Below are positions 1 to 12,030 of a stretch of 33,684 nucleotides of DNA, piece after piece; the first letter of the stretch is position 1; each line of letters starts with the position of its first letter. The notes under the pieces are model-generated. The model did no database searches. It worked only from the letters and a program-made list of their open reading frames with translations, and was not told where the DNA came from. Source of the stretch: Asterionella formosa (taxonomy: Eukaryota); NCBI GenBank assembly GCA_002256025.1, contig NKIB01000316.1:1-33684 (forward strand), written 5' to 3'. The translations under genes and the position numbers were made by a program.

Positions 1-1524
1 TCTTAGACAAGTCAAATGTAGACAGCAACGTTTTGCTTCCTTATTTTATTGTGAGCTTATAAAACTAGAAATCGATTTACAATCGATTCAACTCCACTTA
101 TTTCAGATCAGTTGGATCTTGGAACTTTTGTCCAAACTTTCATACAGATAACCAAGAAGTAATGATAATGATCTGTTCCTGATCATTCAATCATTCTTTT
201 ACTTCATAACACATATAGAATATTGTTTTACTTACATTGTCGGCAGCTCCAATGGCGACGACATGCCTGTGAACAGTTCATTACATAGAACATGTAACTT
301 TCCAAATATTCCATCCCATCTTATTAACTGTATGTTCGTCTTCATTAACATTAGTTCAAATATTTCTTCACCGGAAACAGTTTCTCTGTATAATATTGAT
401 GACATGTACATTGATGGAATGCTGTTAACCCTAACTCAAATCATCCTAGATTTTGTCACCAGGGTACCAGGTACCAGTGGTACAAAATCTTGGTTAATGA
501 CGATGGATGATGAAACAACTACCGGTAGTACTTATTTTACCTACCATTTTAGCTGCTGGTACGTTGAGAACAGAAACATCGCGCTTCCGCTTTGGTAAGT
601 GAAAGATTGCAACATGATTCTGACCTGAGTTCTGATTTTAACAACCGGAAGATCCATATCGAGGCAGAGGAACTATTTATCTTCATAGCAATCACGCAAG
701 TCCAGGTACCGCCGGTACAGTACATCTTATACTTGTGGTTCAAGTATGGCTAGCGTAATTTTACAAGACCGAGATACTGCAGCCGATCTGGAGCAGGTGA
801 GTAAATTCAATTCAACCAATCAGAATATGTGTAGTGACATGGGAACTTACCCTGGAGTCTTTTCGGACAGAGAATTATTCAGCAAAACATACCTACGCAA
901 GACTCTAAGTCTACAAGAACGTCTTTGCATGTACTAATTCCGATTCCAATATTTTGGCGACTGTTGAAAAAGCCGATCGGGTCGACTTTTTGGAAGATGA
1001 TTGCTCTACATCTACGGGGTTTCATGACGATTAAAATAGATAGCTGTGTGTACCGTATAACGTCAGGAGTAAGCTTCTGGAGAGAAGTGGAAGTTATGCA
1101 TTGTAGATTTTTTGAAAAGCTTCGTAGCCCCTTTTTTGACTAGTTTTGCCGTAGTTACGAATCTATAATACATAACTGCCACTTCTCTCCAGAAATGGGG
1201 TCCTTACCATATCTGTATATAGATCATATCCCTAAGTCGAGCAATGACAGTATCTAAGTATGTGCAAAGTGGTCGTAATGGTGAAAGCTAATTTTACCTT
1301 TACCTATTATATTTACTTGTACGTGATGTGTGGATTGAGGTACATAATATTTATGCATACCGGTGTGTAGTTGGATTACAAGAAAGCAGAATCGCTCAAA
1401 TTGCGGGAAAAACTAACGAATTCCAAAATGGAAATCATAATATTTCATTTATAAAAGTAGTTTAATAGAAATATTTTACTCTTTTTATAATGTTTCTGTC
1501 ATCATGAATCAATCTTTGAGTCTT

Positions 1525-2990
1525 GTCATGAACATGAGTCGATTTACTCATTTATGACTTAGTTTTGTTTGGTTGGTTTGCTAAAAGTCAATTCTATAAG
1601 TTCACTTTATTTGGAAATACCAATAGAGTCAGATCTATCCTACAACATTCTCCTAAATTCAACGTGATCCTTCGATCCACTGCCTAGCACCTACATTGCT
1701 GAGTATATATATCGATATATTTATACTATTTTTCAATAAGTTGAACTCCTTTCAGGGTAATCTATGACTTCTCTTTCAAGTGGCTACAAGCCCAAAACGC
1801 TTTTACCTGCGCATTCTTCAGTTGGTTTCTCCTGCTACTTTGTTCCCAAAGCCATTTTCTAAAACCAGTTCATTTTCTTGTCCCAGTGACAGTGTCAAAC
1901 TTCTTTCAGAAAGCTTCATTGCATATTCTTTCATTGTTACCTGGTATTGCCCCTTGAGACAATCGCCCGGTCCTTTTTTCATTGCTCTTTCTTTTCTTTA
2001 TTTCCCAGTATTGCCCACTGAGACAATTGCCTGGCCTATCTTTTTTAAAGTTTTCTTCACTCTCTTCTTTTATCACTTCTTTCTTATCTTTCCCATACAC
2101 TCCCACTTCCTTGCAATGTCAGTATCCACTACTATTACAACTTTTCTACCTACCAAGTTTTGCCAAGTGACCACTGGTAATGTTGTCAATCGGTACTCTG
2201 CTGGGCAACTCAATGATGACTTTAATTTCACCAAGAAACCAATGTGGTCTCCTTTCCAGAACCGTTTAGATGATTCCAGGGACATCAAGACCACCGCATT
2301 TGAGTTTTTACTCAAAAACATGAAAGGTATACAATGGCCCCAATGGTGACCCTATCAACAATCTCATTCTTGCTCAGCTCTGCACTCTTATTTACAATGA
2401 TGCAGAGACTGGAGGTGTGGACAGTTTCCTCTATGCCCCTGACAGTTCTGGTAAAGTTTGGTTGCTTTATGACCAGACAACATATTAGACTTACTTTTGA
2501 AGAGACAAAGAAATATGTTGATCATTGTATTGGTCTTGGGACATTCACACCAGTCATTGACACTAAAACTGGAAATCCCACAGCTGATTCTCTCCCCAAG
2601 TCACATCAGATTTTTGATGATCAGGCATTGGAGGATTCTTCCCACCTCTGGCATCTGATTGTTTCCTACATTTCCCCAAACCTCCTAACAGGTCTTCTTG
2701 AACGTCTTGAAGAGTATGGGAATCGTGGTCCAGGTCTCCTCCTCTGGATGGCCTTTATTGATAAAGTCACCTCTAGTTCACCTCAGGCAATGGATAACAT
2801 CACATGCATGACAGGGGCAAAAACTTGCCACCAACATCAGATGTATCGATATCATCATTTGTCTAACCAAATATGAATGATGCGACTTCATGAATACCTC
2901 GAGAAGACAAGCAATCCAACAATAAACTGCATCTGTTAGACAACAAATCGCTCCTGGAGTCATCACTGAACTGATTTCGCTTCAAAGGGC
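1525..2990 (+). mobile_element. Decayed Ty1/Copia (CoDi-like) LTR retrotransposon 5' part: possible LTR (~1525-1778) plus frameshifted gag-like ORF remnants (~2116-2990)
   Basis: A TG...CA-bounded segment with a TATA-like run is followed by AG-TGG at 1779-1783, an LTR/PBS-like junction. Overlapping broken ORFs contain DDQALEDSSHLWHLIVSYISPNLL...GPGLLLWMAFIDKVTSSSPQA, which resembles the gag region of diatom Copia elements as I recall it. No pol is visible. Confidence 0.4.
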
Positions 2991-4319
2991 ATAGTGAAAG
3001 GTGAATTGCCGGAGTCCACTTTTCAGGAGACAAACATAAACAAGGTGAATTCTAGATATAAGTTATTAAAATCTGTAGAGTATATAAAATGGTTTCCTTA
3101 AGTAGACCCCTTGCTTGCCAATTTTGGCAATCCCAGGGCTGGAAAACCAAGGGGCAATTGGTACAAATTTTAATGCCAAAATGCGAACATAGGAAATGTT
3201 CAAAATATATTTTAATGATAGGCAATATCAGAACCATTGCAAATTTCGATGTGCGTGAAGATAGGATATAATCGAAATATATTTTATATGATGGGCTATA
3301 GTGAGCTAAAATTGACATTTAAACTCAATGAGTGGTCAGTAGCTAGGTAAGCAAATGGTGCAACAAATCACGTTGTTGTTGTGGTTGAGTTCATTCATGA
3401 TGAACTCGAAATCGAATTCCATTGCACAGCGATGGCTGTGAAAGCTTTCTTGTAGTAGCTTAATTGTAACACCCATAGGACCATATGTGATTCATTCCTA
3501 ATTATCAATCAATTCTTGTAGTACATAAAAGCTATCCAATAATCGCACTTGTGCCCAAATAAATGAATAAATGGACACAATTAGTACCGGTTTTATTCAT
3601 CTGTACAGTACAATGGGAACTGTCTTTTTGTCAGCTGCACCCCCCGGAACCGTAGGGACTACATGAAAAAGACAGGTGGAGAATACAGGAATCAAACCTG
3701 CCACCACAACATGTTTTAACCACTAAGCCATTCCCCATGTGTGATTCATTCCTGTACAGTTTCATCTCCAGATAGCCCACTGTCAAGCTCAAGAGCTTTT
3801 GTATGTGAATTGGTTGGTCATGTAGTAGGCATATATTTGCCATGCTCAACACAAACTAGGTCATACATGAACCAAATCGTGTTCTCCTGTGCCGCTTGAT
3901 GCGTTCACTGATAGCGCTTCTCTCATAAAGCTTATGTTGATAAATCAAGTGACACAGGAGTTTTGTAAAATTGTTGAGTAAATCAACAGAATAATACCGA
4001 CATGGTTAATGTATTTTTAGTATGGTTTTTTAGGCACAGAATGTTATATACAGTAGGGTCGGGGGTTTTGCCAATACTAGGCCTGTATGTACAGGGTCTT
4101 CCTTGTGGCCCCGCCCAAAAGTGCACCCAGGCATTCAGACTACCGGTACGCCGTACAGACTTAATATATATATTTAAAAGGTACCGGTCTTTCAAATGAT
4201 CCTAACTATTACCTGTTGGGTACCTGGTACCAGGTACCACCAGGGTACCGGGGGTACCTTGAATCCAGAACAAAGGATATGCGGTTTTTCACTTCAGCCA
4301 GAAAAGATTTATTTTGGAG

Positions 4320-4472
4320 ACTTCAGGAAATTCTTGAAAATTCCTGACGTTTCCTGAAGTTTCCGGACATTTCCTCAAATTTCCTGAAAGTCATAGTCAT
4401 TTCCTGAAATTCATAGGAATTTCCTGAAAGTCATAATGTTTTCCGGAAAGTCATAGTCGTAGTCATAGTCAT
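4320..4472. repeat. Short tandem array of TTCCTGA(AAG)/TCATAG units
   Basis: Repeated ttcctga/ttccgga and gtcatagtc motifs are visible. They resemble subterminal repeats of a non-autonomous DNA element. Confidence 0.7.
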
Positions 4473-4589
4473 ATGCTTTGTTTTCTCGTTTCGCTATTTA
4501 TTTCGCTGCATTGCTATGAATAGAAGATGTCCGTTAGTACTATTTGTGATGAATATGTCGCTGTATGGTAACACGTTGTCGGTTTCAGG

Positions 4590-4707
4590 AAAATGACCGC
4601 AGATTGCAGGTACAGCAACCTGATCCCGTCATTTGCTTAAATAAATAATTTAATATGGGATAAAGAAAGATAAATCCTTAGTTCAACAAAATTACCGCAA
4701 CTTGCAG
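4590..4707 (+). repeat. Two copies of the MITE terminal motif AAAAT(G/T)ACCGCAACTTGCAG(GTAC)
   Basis: 4590-4614 and 4687-4707 match the right TIR of the element at 22769-22870. Confidence 0.7.
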
Positions 4708-4793
4708 ATTCTTGTATCCATATTTATGTTGAAACTGGGAGTTCACGGAAACTTCGAAATACGAAAAGTCACATACAAAAACTGTGTTTTATT

Positions 4794-5128
4794 AAAAATG
4801 GCCCTGGCATCACGTTTTCTTAAAGACCACCAAAGAACGCGATGTTCGCAAAAGACCGCTGAACAACGTCGCTAATATCGGGTTTCCCCGTTCATTAGCG
4901 GTCTTGTAAGGTCTTTTCGTTCGAATCTCTCAGGGTGATACTCCTAGGTATACCTGTATATGATATCTCGCCGAGTATTGGAACCGATTTTCATATTGCC
5001 CCTGGATGTTTACTGCAATGTCAGAGCTAAAACTCACCGTTACGAAATGATGGTCGCGCGTACTTTTCAAGTAGTACGCGAACTTCGCAGAACAATGCGC
5101 GTCTAGAATTTCCTGTTCCTCCCCGTGC
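4794..5128 (-). ncRNA. Candidate structured non-coding RNA, family unassigned
   Basis: The minus strand has several helices: cgcgtact/agtacgcg, cggg-GAAA-cccg, cgctaat/attagcg, aagaccgct/agcggtctt, catcgcgtt/aacgtgatg (with a G-U pair) and an enclosing ccctg/caggg. It ends in TTTTT. The 5' end is uncertain. Confidence 0.4.
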
Positions 5129-5543
5129 AAACTATGTATGTATACACTTACAACCGATACAAGGTGTGTCGAAATAAAGTATACACAATATATCATAAAA
5201 GTGAATTCACTTTGGGTACCCGGTATGCTCCTACATACTGTACTGCATATTTTTTTTGTACGGTGATTACATTGTTTGATTGTATACACCCTTGGACATT
5301 CCCTACGGTACCCAATTAAGGAACACTTCGAAACTGCCTCAAAAACAGCATGAATTATTATGTGGAATGTTAGAATGTAAGCATGATTGGTGGGTAGGCA
5401 CAAAAGCAAGACACGAATACCGGTTGCGAAAATTCATAGCTCCTTTACAGCCTTTTTCTAACTCGCTCAGCAGGCCTCCCAACCACAAACACAAGTCAGC
5501 ACTGCGTCGACGAGACCTAGCCATCCACTCATACGTGTGTGTC

Positions 5544-8500
5544 ATGGAGGCTTCAAGAAGGATCAGCAAGGAAGGAGGGCAAGGCCGCGGATTTCTTCCC
5601 AAAAACGTGAAACGTTCCAGCGCGGTTCAGCTCAACTTTGCCAATCGCGAGTTGTATGGACGAACACAAGAGATCCAAGTTCTTCAAAATGCCTTGGATT
5701 ATTGTCTCCTCTCCAAAGAACCTTTCATTGTATTTGTGAATGGTCCATCTGGGGTGGGCAAGTCATCGCTGATCGCAAAGATGAAAGAATTGGTTCCAGA
5801 TGCTGGTCACTACGTATCTGGAAAGTTCGAACAGCGGGCCGAAGCGCTGCCCTTTTCGGCCATAGCTAATGCCTGCACGGAGCTGTGCCATTCAATCGAG
5901 GAAAGCCAGATAGAGGGAATACGGCAGAAAATGAATGAAGGCGCGCAAGATCCCACCATATTCATGCACTTGGCTAACTTAGTACCTGAATTCCAGCATC
6001 GTATTTTGGGCGATGCCGGCGATTCCGGTTCGCTGATTGAAAGGAGCGCCGAACTAAACACTTCATTCGAGCAGCTCAAAGTGTCATTCAGACAATTTCT
6101 TAGAGCAGTGTGCATGTTTGCAGCTCCAGTTGTTTTTGCAATCGATGATCTTCACTGGGCTGATTCGGAGTCGATGGCCCTGATCACCTGTCTAGCGATA
6201 GACGACGACATCTCTGGCTTGCTAATTGTTGGAACCTACCGCTCAGAAAATACCAAAGAGACATACCCTTTGATGGTGCAGATGAAACAAGTTGTTGCTA
6301 AACACAAGGACCCTGACGCCTTCAATAGCATTGAACTCGGCAATCTGAGCCTCAATCATTTGAACGAATTCATTATGAAATTAACTTCCAGGAGTCGAGA
6401 AGACTGCATGGAGCTTGCCAAGACAGTTTTCGCCAAAACGAATGGTAAGTTTATTTATTTTACTACTTCGCCCAGCCCCTCCTTCTAACTTTCGTTCGTT
6501 AGGCAATCCATTTTTTGCTGTTCAGTTCCTTCAAATGTTGCAGAATGACCGTTTTCTTTATTTCTCGCGAGACACTTTTGTATGGACTTGGGATACTGAA
6601 ACCATACAGTCGGAAACCTCTATTACCGACAATGTGGTCGATCTAATTGCAAACTCCCTTCGCATGCTCCCCCTCAAGACTCAGAACTTTCTTATGGTTG
6701 CTAGTTGTCTTGGCACTCGATTCGATGTCTCCACTGTTTGGACAGTGTTCCTGTGCTTGAAGGAAGACTACACATCCGAAGACAACGAAAGCGGCGTAAC
6801 TGAAAACGTCTCTGATATCTTGCAACCTGCGATTAAAGAAGGGCTGATCATACAGTGTGATGATACTCTGTATCGATTCTCGCACGACAAGATTTGCGAA
6901 GGCGCTTATTCTCTTTTCGCAAACGACAACGAAAGGAGGAAGGTGCATTGGAGCTTGGGAACTGCGATGATGAAAATATCCACCCGGAAACGGATGCCTT
7001 CGTCCACGCCGATTGCGGTTCGCCAACTCAATCGTGGAGTAGGCGCGATTGAAAATCCTGAAACAAGGTTGATGCTTGCAACATTGAACCTGACGGCAGC
7101 TAAACTTCTTATTGAAAAATCTGCTTTTTTGTACTCATCAAATTTTTTGATAACAGGAATTGCTTTGTTGAGCTCAGGCCAAGAAATGTGGAGTCAGCAT
7201 TATGACCTTGCTTTGGACCTGCACTCGACGCTTGCGGAGATGCAATTCAATCTGGGAGATTTTACAAGGTGCTTCGAAACAATTGATCAAGTTCTCCGTT
7301 TCGCTAGGTCAGTTAAGGATACCCAAAGAGTAACAGTGGCGAAACTGGATGCACTCTCTTCTAAGGGAGATTCTCTGGAAGGAATTAATTTTGGACTGCG
7401 AGCATTGAAGCAGTTGAAGATACGCATTTCAAAGCATCCTTCGCCGTTAGCGGTTGCTCTTGAATTCCTAAAAGTGCGAAGTATGTTTAATAAGTTTTCC
7501 TTTGAGGCCTTGCTGGATCAAGAGATGATGGCAGACAATGACAATCTCATGGCTACCAAGATTCTGAACATCCTTAATGATTTGGCCTTCTTCACCCAGA
7601 ATCACAACTTACACGGTATGATATGTCTACAAATGACCAAACTGACTCTTCTCCATGGCTCGACAGAATACAGCGCCTTCGCGTTCGTACTTTACTCGTT
7701 CATCCTAGGAAAGACTGGGGACCTAGCTGCAGCGCACAGGACTGGGTGTATGGCCCTGGATTTGGCCAAGGGACATAAATCAAAGAAAATTGAAGCTCGA
7801 GTTTCGATGGTGATGCAAAGCTTTATCAATCACATTCGACGTCCAATCGTTGAGAGTCTGGATTCATGCTTAAAATCGTACTATGTCGGGATGCAGGTTG
7901 GCGACATCACTTATGCCGCTTTCAATGCTTATAATTGTACGTGTCAATCAAGACCCACTTTGTCGATCCAACCGTTCTAGCCTGCCTTTTCAAATACTCA
8001 CCGTACAAGACTCTCTTCCTATCTCATTCCAGATTGTTTACTCTATACTTTTACAGGTTTGCCCCTCGCTCCACTTTCTGTGGATATGCAGTCATTTTTG
8101 GATCAACTGACAAAATATAACCAATGCATTGCACAAACTGGAATAGAGATGTACCATCGATTTATTCGTGGCATGATGGGAAATACCCCAAACCCATTAA
8201 AATTCACTGGTACAGGGCTGGCCTTCACAGAAGAAGAATATTTAGTTCAATGTCAAGTGAAAAGGGTCGAGCTCCATATTTTGACTTTTTATTTCCTGAA
8301 AATGTGGGCTGCTTACATCTTTCAGGACTACGACCTCGCACTGAAATGTACGAAAGTATTCTGGAAACGACCTGCAAATGCGGATGGGAGTGCAGCTTGG
8401 GCCCCCCTGGTGTGGTTTTTTACTGCTATGACATATCTCGAGTCTCAAAGGCAGGCTCATGGATCTGTCGCGAGGCGCCATTGGCGACGTCGGGGTTTGA

Positions 8501-9078
8501 AAACCATCAAGCTGCTTGAAAGGTGGGTTGAAGTGGACAAGGTATTGAATTGTCAGCACAAATTGTTGATAATCTATGCGGAGAAGGATCGTGTTGCAGG
8601 AAAGAAATCAGTGGACGAAATAAAGGCAGCATACGACCTGGCAATTTCTGCTTGTACAAGGAGCGGCTTCCTTCAAGACAACGCTCTGGCTAACGAAAGA
8701 GCTGCGAATTTTGCCATGGAACACCTTGATGAGGATTGGGCAGAACATTATCAGAAGCGATCGTTTGATTTGTATGTCCAATGGAACGCAACAGCAAAAG
8801 TCGAGCAAATGAAGAACACATTTCGTTACCTATCCGACAGGTCGATGCATGCGGGTTCTAGTCGCAGCTTCCGCGGACGTCAGCGCTTCTCAGCGACGAT
8901 CACTGATTTTCACTTTGCTGGATTAGATTCGATCTTGTCACTGTTTGAAGTTGAAGACGAAGACGAAGGATTGAAACCGGAGGATTCAGGACTGTCCTTT
9001 TCCGTCGAAGATACCCGATTACGTGAGAGGCCTCATTTGCCTTTGAATTCGCCTCCTCTTTGTCCTACAATCGTTTAG
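5544..9078 (+). CDS. COG3899-type predicted ATPase (STAND/AAA P-loop plus helical TPR-like region), ~1126 aa; exons 5544-6444, 6503-7936, 8033-9078
   Basis: Motifs LYGRTQE, Walker A GPSGVGKS, GKFEQ, Walker B FAIDDLHWAD, FSHDKI, ALANERAA and WNATAKV. Intron 6445-6502 (GTAAGT..CTAAC..TAG) restores KTNGNPFF. Intron 7937-8032 (GTACGT..CAG) joins in frame to the 8059 ORF. The start codon is inferred. Confidence 0.9.
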
Positions 9079-9752
9079 TGATGATACTGCTGATGATTTA
9101 ACCAGATCAGTCTACACCACATAACACAGCGTTCGCTAAGATGAAGGGTAGTTTTCGGCAATTTTGTCTCCCCGATAATCTTGTAAATCTAACGGAGAGG
9201 TGTTGCTGGCCAGTTTGACATCCTGAAATTGATGGTACAAGGGCAGATTCCGAGAATAGGACGAGATTAACGATTATCTCGTTCATGCATCAAGCAGCTA
9301 CTGTATTCCTGCTTTTTTAATTCAATTTCATAAATTATTTTTATTTAGCATTTCTATTATTTTCCAACTGCAGGTGTTATATTCACAAAGTGACGATGAA
9401 TATACCAATAAACCTCCCCCCATCATCATACACCATATTAATATCTTTCCTGTGATGCTGAAATGCAAGAACATCATCGCCCTGTTATCACAATGACCGA
9501 TAGACATGATGAGCGTGCCAAATTTTTGTCCTTCGCCAAGTCCTATTTTCGTCGTGATATCACAGCAAATATAAAGTAGTCAGCAATGGAGTGACAAACA
9601 ATGGGAAGGAATAGATCAAACGCTAAAGAAACTTTTATCCCAAGTGACAAGATCACAACCATGCCACAGGAAAGGAGAGATGGCGGTGGATCTATTCTAC
9701 ATTGCTCCTTTGAAGCTAGAATGGAACGAAATTCGTCATAATAAAATTTTTA

Positions 9753-11066
9753 CTATGTTTCTTTAAAGACAGATGCCAGAGGGTCCTCTGGTAGGACATA
9801 GTCTTCCTTTCGCTGTTTCCGTTTCTTTTCATTATCCTTCCGTCCAATGTAGGCATTGCCATGTTCGGCCTTTTCCTGAGACCGAATGTCATTGGGTGAT
9901 ACAAAGTCTGGATTCTTGTACAACGTTTGGCCACCAAACGATCCACGAAAAATGCGAATGGGGTTTAGTACAAAACGAGGACCAATTTCCACCAATGACG
10001 TGGCCTGAATTTGACCAGACTGCTTCTTGGCCAAGTGCGCCTCAAGAGCATTGTTGGCTTGTTGCTCGATTATCTGGTAGTTACGGACCCAAATCTGTAT
10101 AATTTCAAAACGAAAGGACGCAACTTGGTGAGCAACGCAAACGTGATAAGCAACTGTTGACACTCTCCGTAGATGCGACATGCCATGTGTCTCATTCCAT
10201 CGTAGTCTAATACAAAATTATGGTTGTTGCTCTCATACCGCTTTCACGGTCCGATATACGCTCATCATTGATTAATCATCGGCACAGTTTGGCATTTCTT
10301 AAAACTTTCTTCTACGCCTTGCAGTCTTTCTTACCTTTTTGTCAGCGTAATAAAATGCCATGACTCGATCCACAAATGGCTTGCTTTTTGGATGGCCCCG
10401 AGGGATTCCCCAAACATCAGTAAAGAGTTCTTTGAGGAGTTTCAAATGTCCCAATTTGGAAAAGCTAGAATCAAACGTCAAGATTGGCCGACTTCCTTTC
10501 ATGCAATTTCCGGTCAGACGTAATTCATCCATGGTATGAATGTTGGTGACATGAAAGCGCACCGAAGGGCCAACTGTGGCGCGACCCATCCACAGATACG
10601 CGTCTTGTCGTTTACGGCACTCCAGAAACAAGACCGTATTGCACGATCTCATTTCGGCAATGTCATTGACGGCCCGACCAGCCCCGTCCGCGCCGGGGTC
10701 TAACTTGGACTCCTTTTTGTGATGAGGCATCAATGTTCGAAGATCTTCCAACAAATGACGGTACCGGGCAGTCACTCCACGAGAGCACAGCACGAGGCAT
10801 CGTTGCTTGTTTCGATACCGACCATCACTAACGTGTGGAGTGATGGGCTCTTGCACGTCCTGATGGTTGTCGTCGTCATCATTCTCAGAAGCTTCTTGCT
10901 CATCGTCAACAACGGCGTCGTTCTCAGGAGCTTCTTGTTCGTCGTGTTCAACAACTTCGTCGTCTACTTCCATTTGCACTTCTTCGGCTACTTTGTTATT
11001 TTCATTAGGCTCGACCACCTTTTGGCGCTTATTTGTTGTTGTTGTTGTTCGCTTTGCTTTCGCCAT
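9753..11066 (-). CDS. BRX1: Ribosome biogenesis protein BRX1 (Brix domain), ~357 aa; exons 11066-10335, 10094-9753
   Basis: Motifs SRGVTARYRHL, PHHKKESKLD, NIHTMDELRLTGNCMKGSRPIL, KSKPFVDRV, IWVRNYQI and EIGPRFVLNPIRIFRGSFGG. A phase-0 GTAAG..CAG intron lies at 10334-10095. Confidence 0.96.
10181..10294 (-). ncRNA. Candidate intronic box C/D snoRNA (18S rRNA guide)
   Basis: Lies inside the 240-nt BRX1 intron. It has C-like boxes ATGATTA (10279-10273) and ATGATGA (10268-10262), D-like ATGA boxes (last at 10195-10192) and a terminal stem TGCCA..TGTG/CACATGGCA. The 12-mer AGACTACGATGG, complementary to 18S CCAUCGUAGUCU, lies one nt upstream of the last box. Confidence 0.6.
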
Positions 11067-11520
11067 GGTGCAGTAATGGTTTTTATGGGGAATCAAAGCA
11101 GAGGTGAATGTGTTTGTTTGTTTGGATGCTGTGGTGGATCTTTAGAGCATAACGCAGCCGTCATGATGTGCATTTTGCTTTGGTTGGTTAGTAGAAAAGG
11201 TTTTGAGCTCACTGGATATTACCGGTGCGTAGGTATCGTACTTTGCGAGCAGTCTACTGCCCAGTACATATAAAATGGGAAAAGGAAGAGCAGCTTCAGT
11301 ACAGAAAATACCTGTATGATATTCCAGTACCTGGTAGCGTGCAGCAGGTACATACCTCGTCCGTACCTGAGAATGGATACCGTACAGTAGGTAATGAAAA
11401 GCTACCGTTGTGCGGTGTTCAAATCAGCAACTGAAATTGAAGGTTGTGCAGATAAATACAATCTGGGGGTCAAATTTTGTTTGAGATTGTGAATTTTGAT
11501 GTAAGCGGTTTATTTACGGA

Positions 11521-11592
11521 TCCGACATAGTATAGTGGCTAGTATCCCCGCCTGTCACGCGGGAGACCGGGGTTCGATTCCCCGTGTCGGAG
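11521..11592 (+). tRNA. tRNA-Asp (anticodon GUC)
   Basis: Acceptor stem TCCGACA/TGTCGGA with discriminator G, D-loop AGTGG, anticodon arm CCCGC-CTGTCAC-GCGGG and T-arm CGGGG-TTCGATT-CCCCG. A T6 Pol III terminator lies at 11601-11606. Confidence 0.98.
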
Positions 11593-12030
11593 AGTGTTCC
11601 TTTTTTGCCCAAGCAAGTAATTCTTTCATTGATTGCTCGCTCTAACACTCCAGGTTCTCATGCCCAACTCATTTTGCTGTGCATATGCAGTGTACTGTCG
11701 ATTGTATAAATGCATCTATAAAGTATTCCTTGTCATATCTTACAGATGAATAGACTATTATTGCTATTACTAGACTTAGCCTACATTCTCATTATGGATT
11801 ATACACAACAACATGCAACACAAGTATAGTATTGCCATGCTGAATCGGAGATTTTGCTGGATTTTCTTTTCATCTTCTCGTTATTCATTGCAATATGAAA
11901 ACCGAGATTACATTCATGTGAATGTGCCTATTCTGAGGAGAAGGAGCCTCATATCATCTAAATTTAATTGGTTGTTGCACACGAAAATTGCTGTGTCTTG
12001 CTTGCTTGTATTTCTCCACTTCAGCTTGAT

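Noticed and set aside
4320..4472. CRISPR-like array
   Set aside because: Units are ~10-nt degenerate tandem motifs with no unique spacers, there are no cas genes, and the context is eukaryotic.
4930..5409. 159-aa minus-strand ORF
   Set aside because: Non-ATG start and no recognisable motif. It overlaps the structured segment and the ATPase promoter region.
5280..5543. N-terminal extension of the ATPase ORF
   Set aside because: It starts at a non-ATG codon and looks like promoter or UTR sequence. ATG 5544 fits the domain start better.
6415..8120. Frameshifted or pseudogenised ATPase split into three ORFs
   Set aside because: Canonical GT-AG introns at 6445-6502 and 7937-8032 restore a single frame.
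9440..9580. snRNA/snoRNA-like words (ATGATGA, AATTTTTG) downstream of the ATPase
   Set aside because: No matching D box, stem or snRNA signature. The words may be chance or part of a short coding remnant.
10719..11273. Antisense ORFs over BRX1, and similar shadow ORFs over the other genes
   Set aside because: They are opposite-strand or alternative-frame by-products of real genes and have no motifs.
11521..11592. tRNA as an integration site or SINE head
   Set aside because: Intact cloverleaf with a normal terminator, no duplicated 3' end and no integrase nearby.
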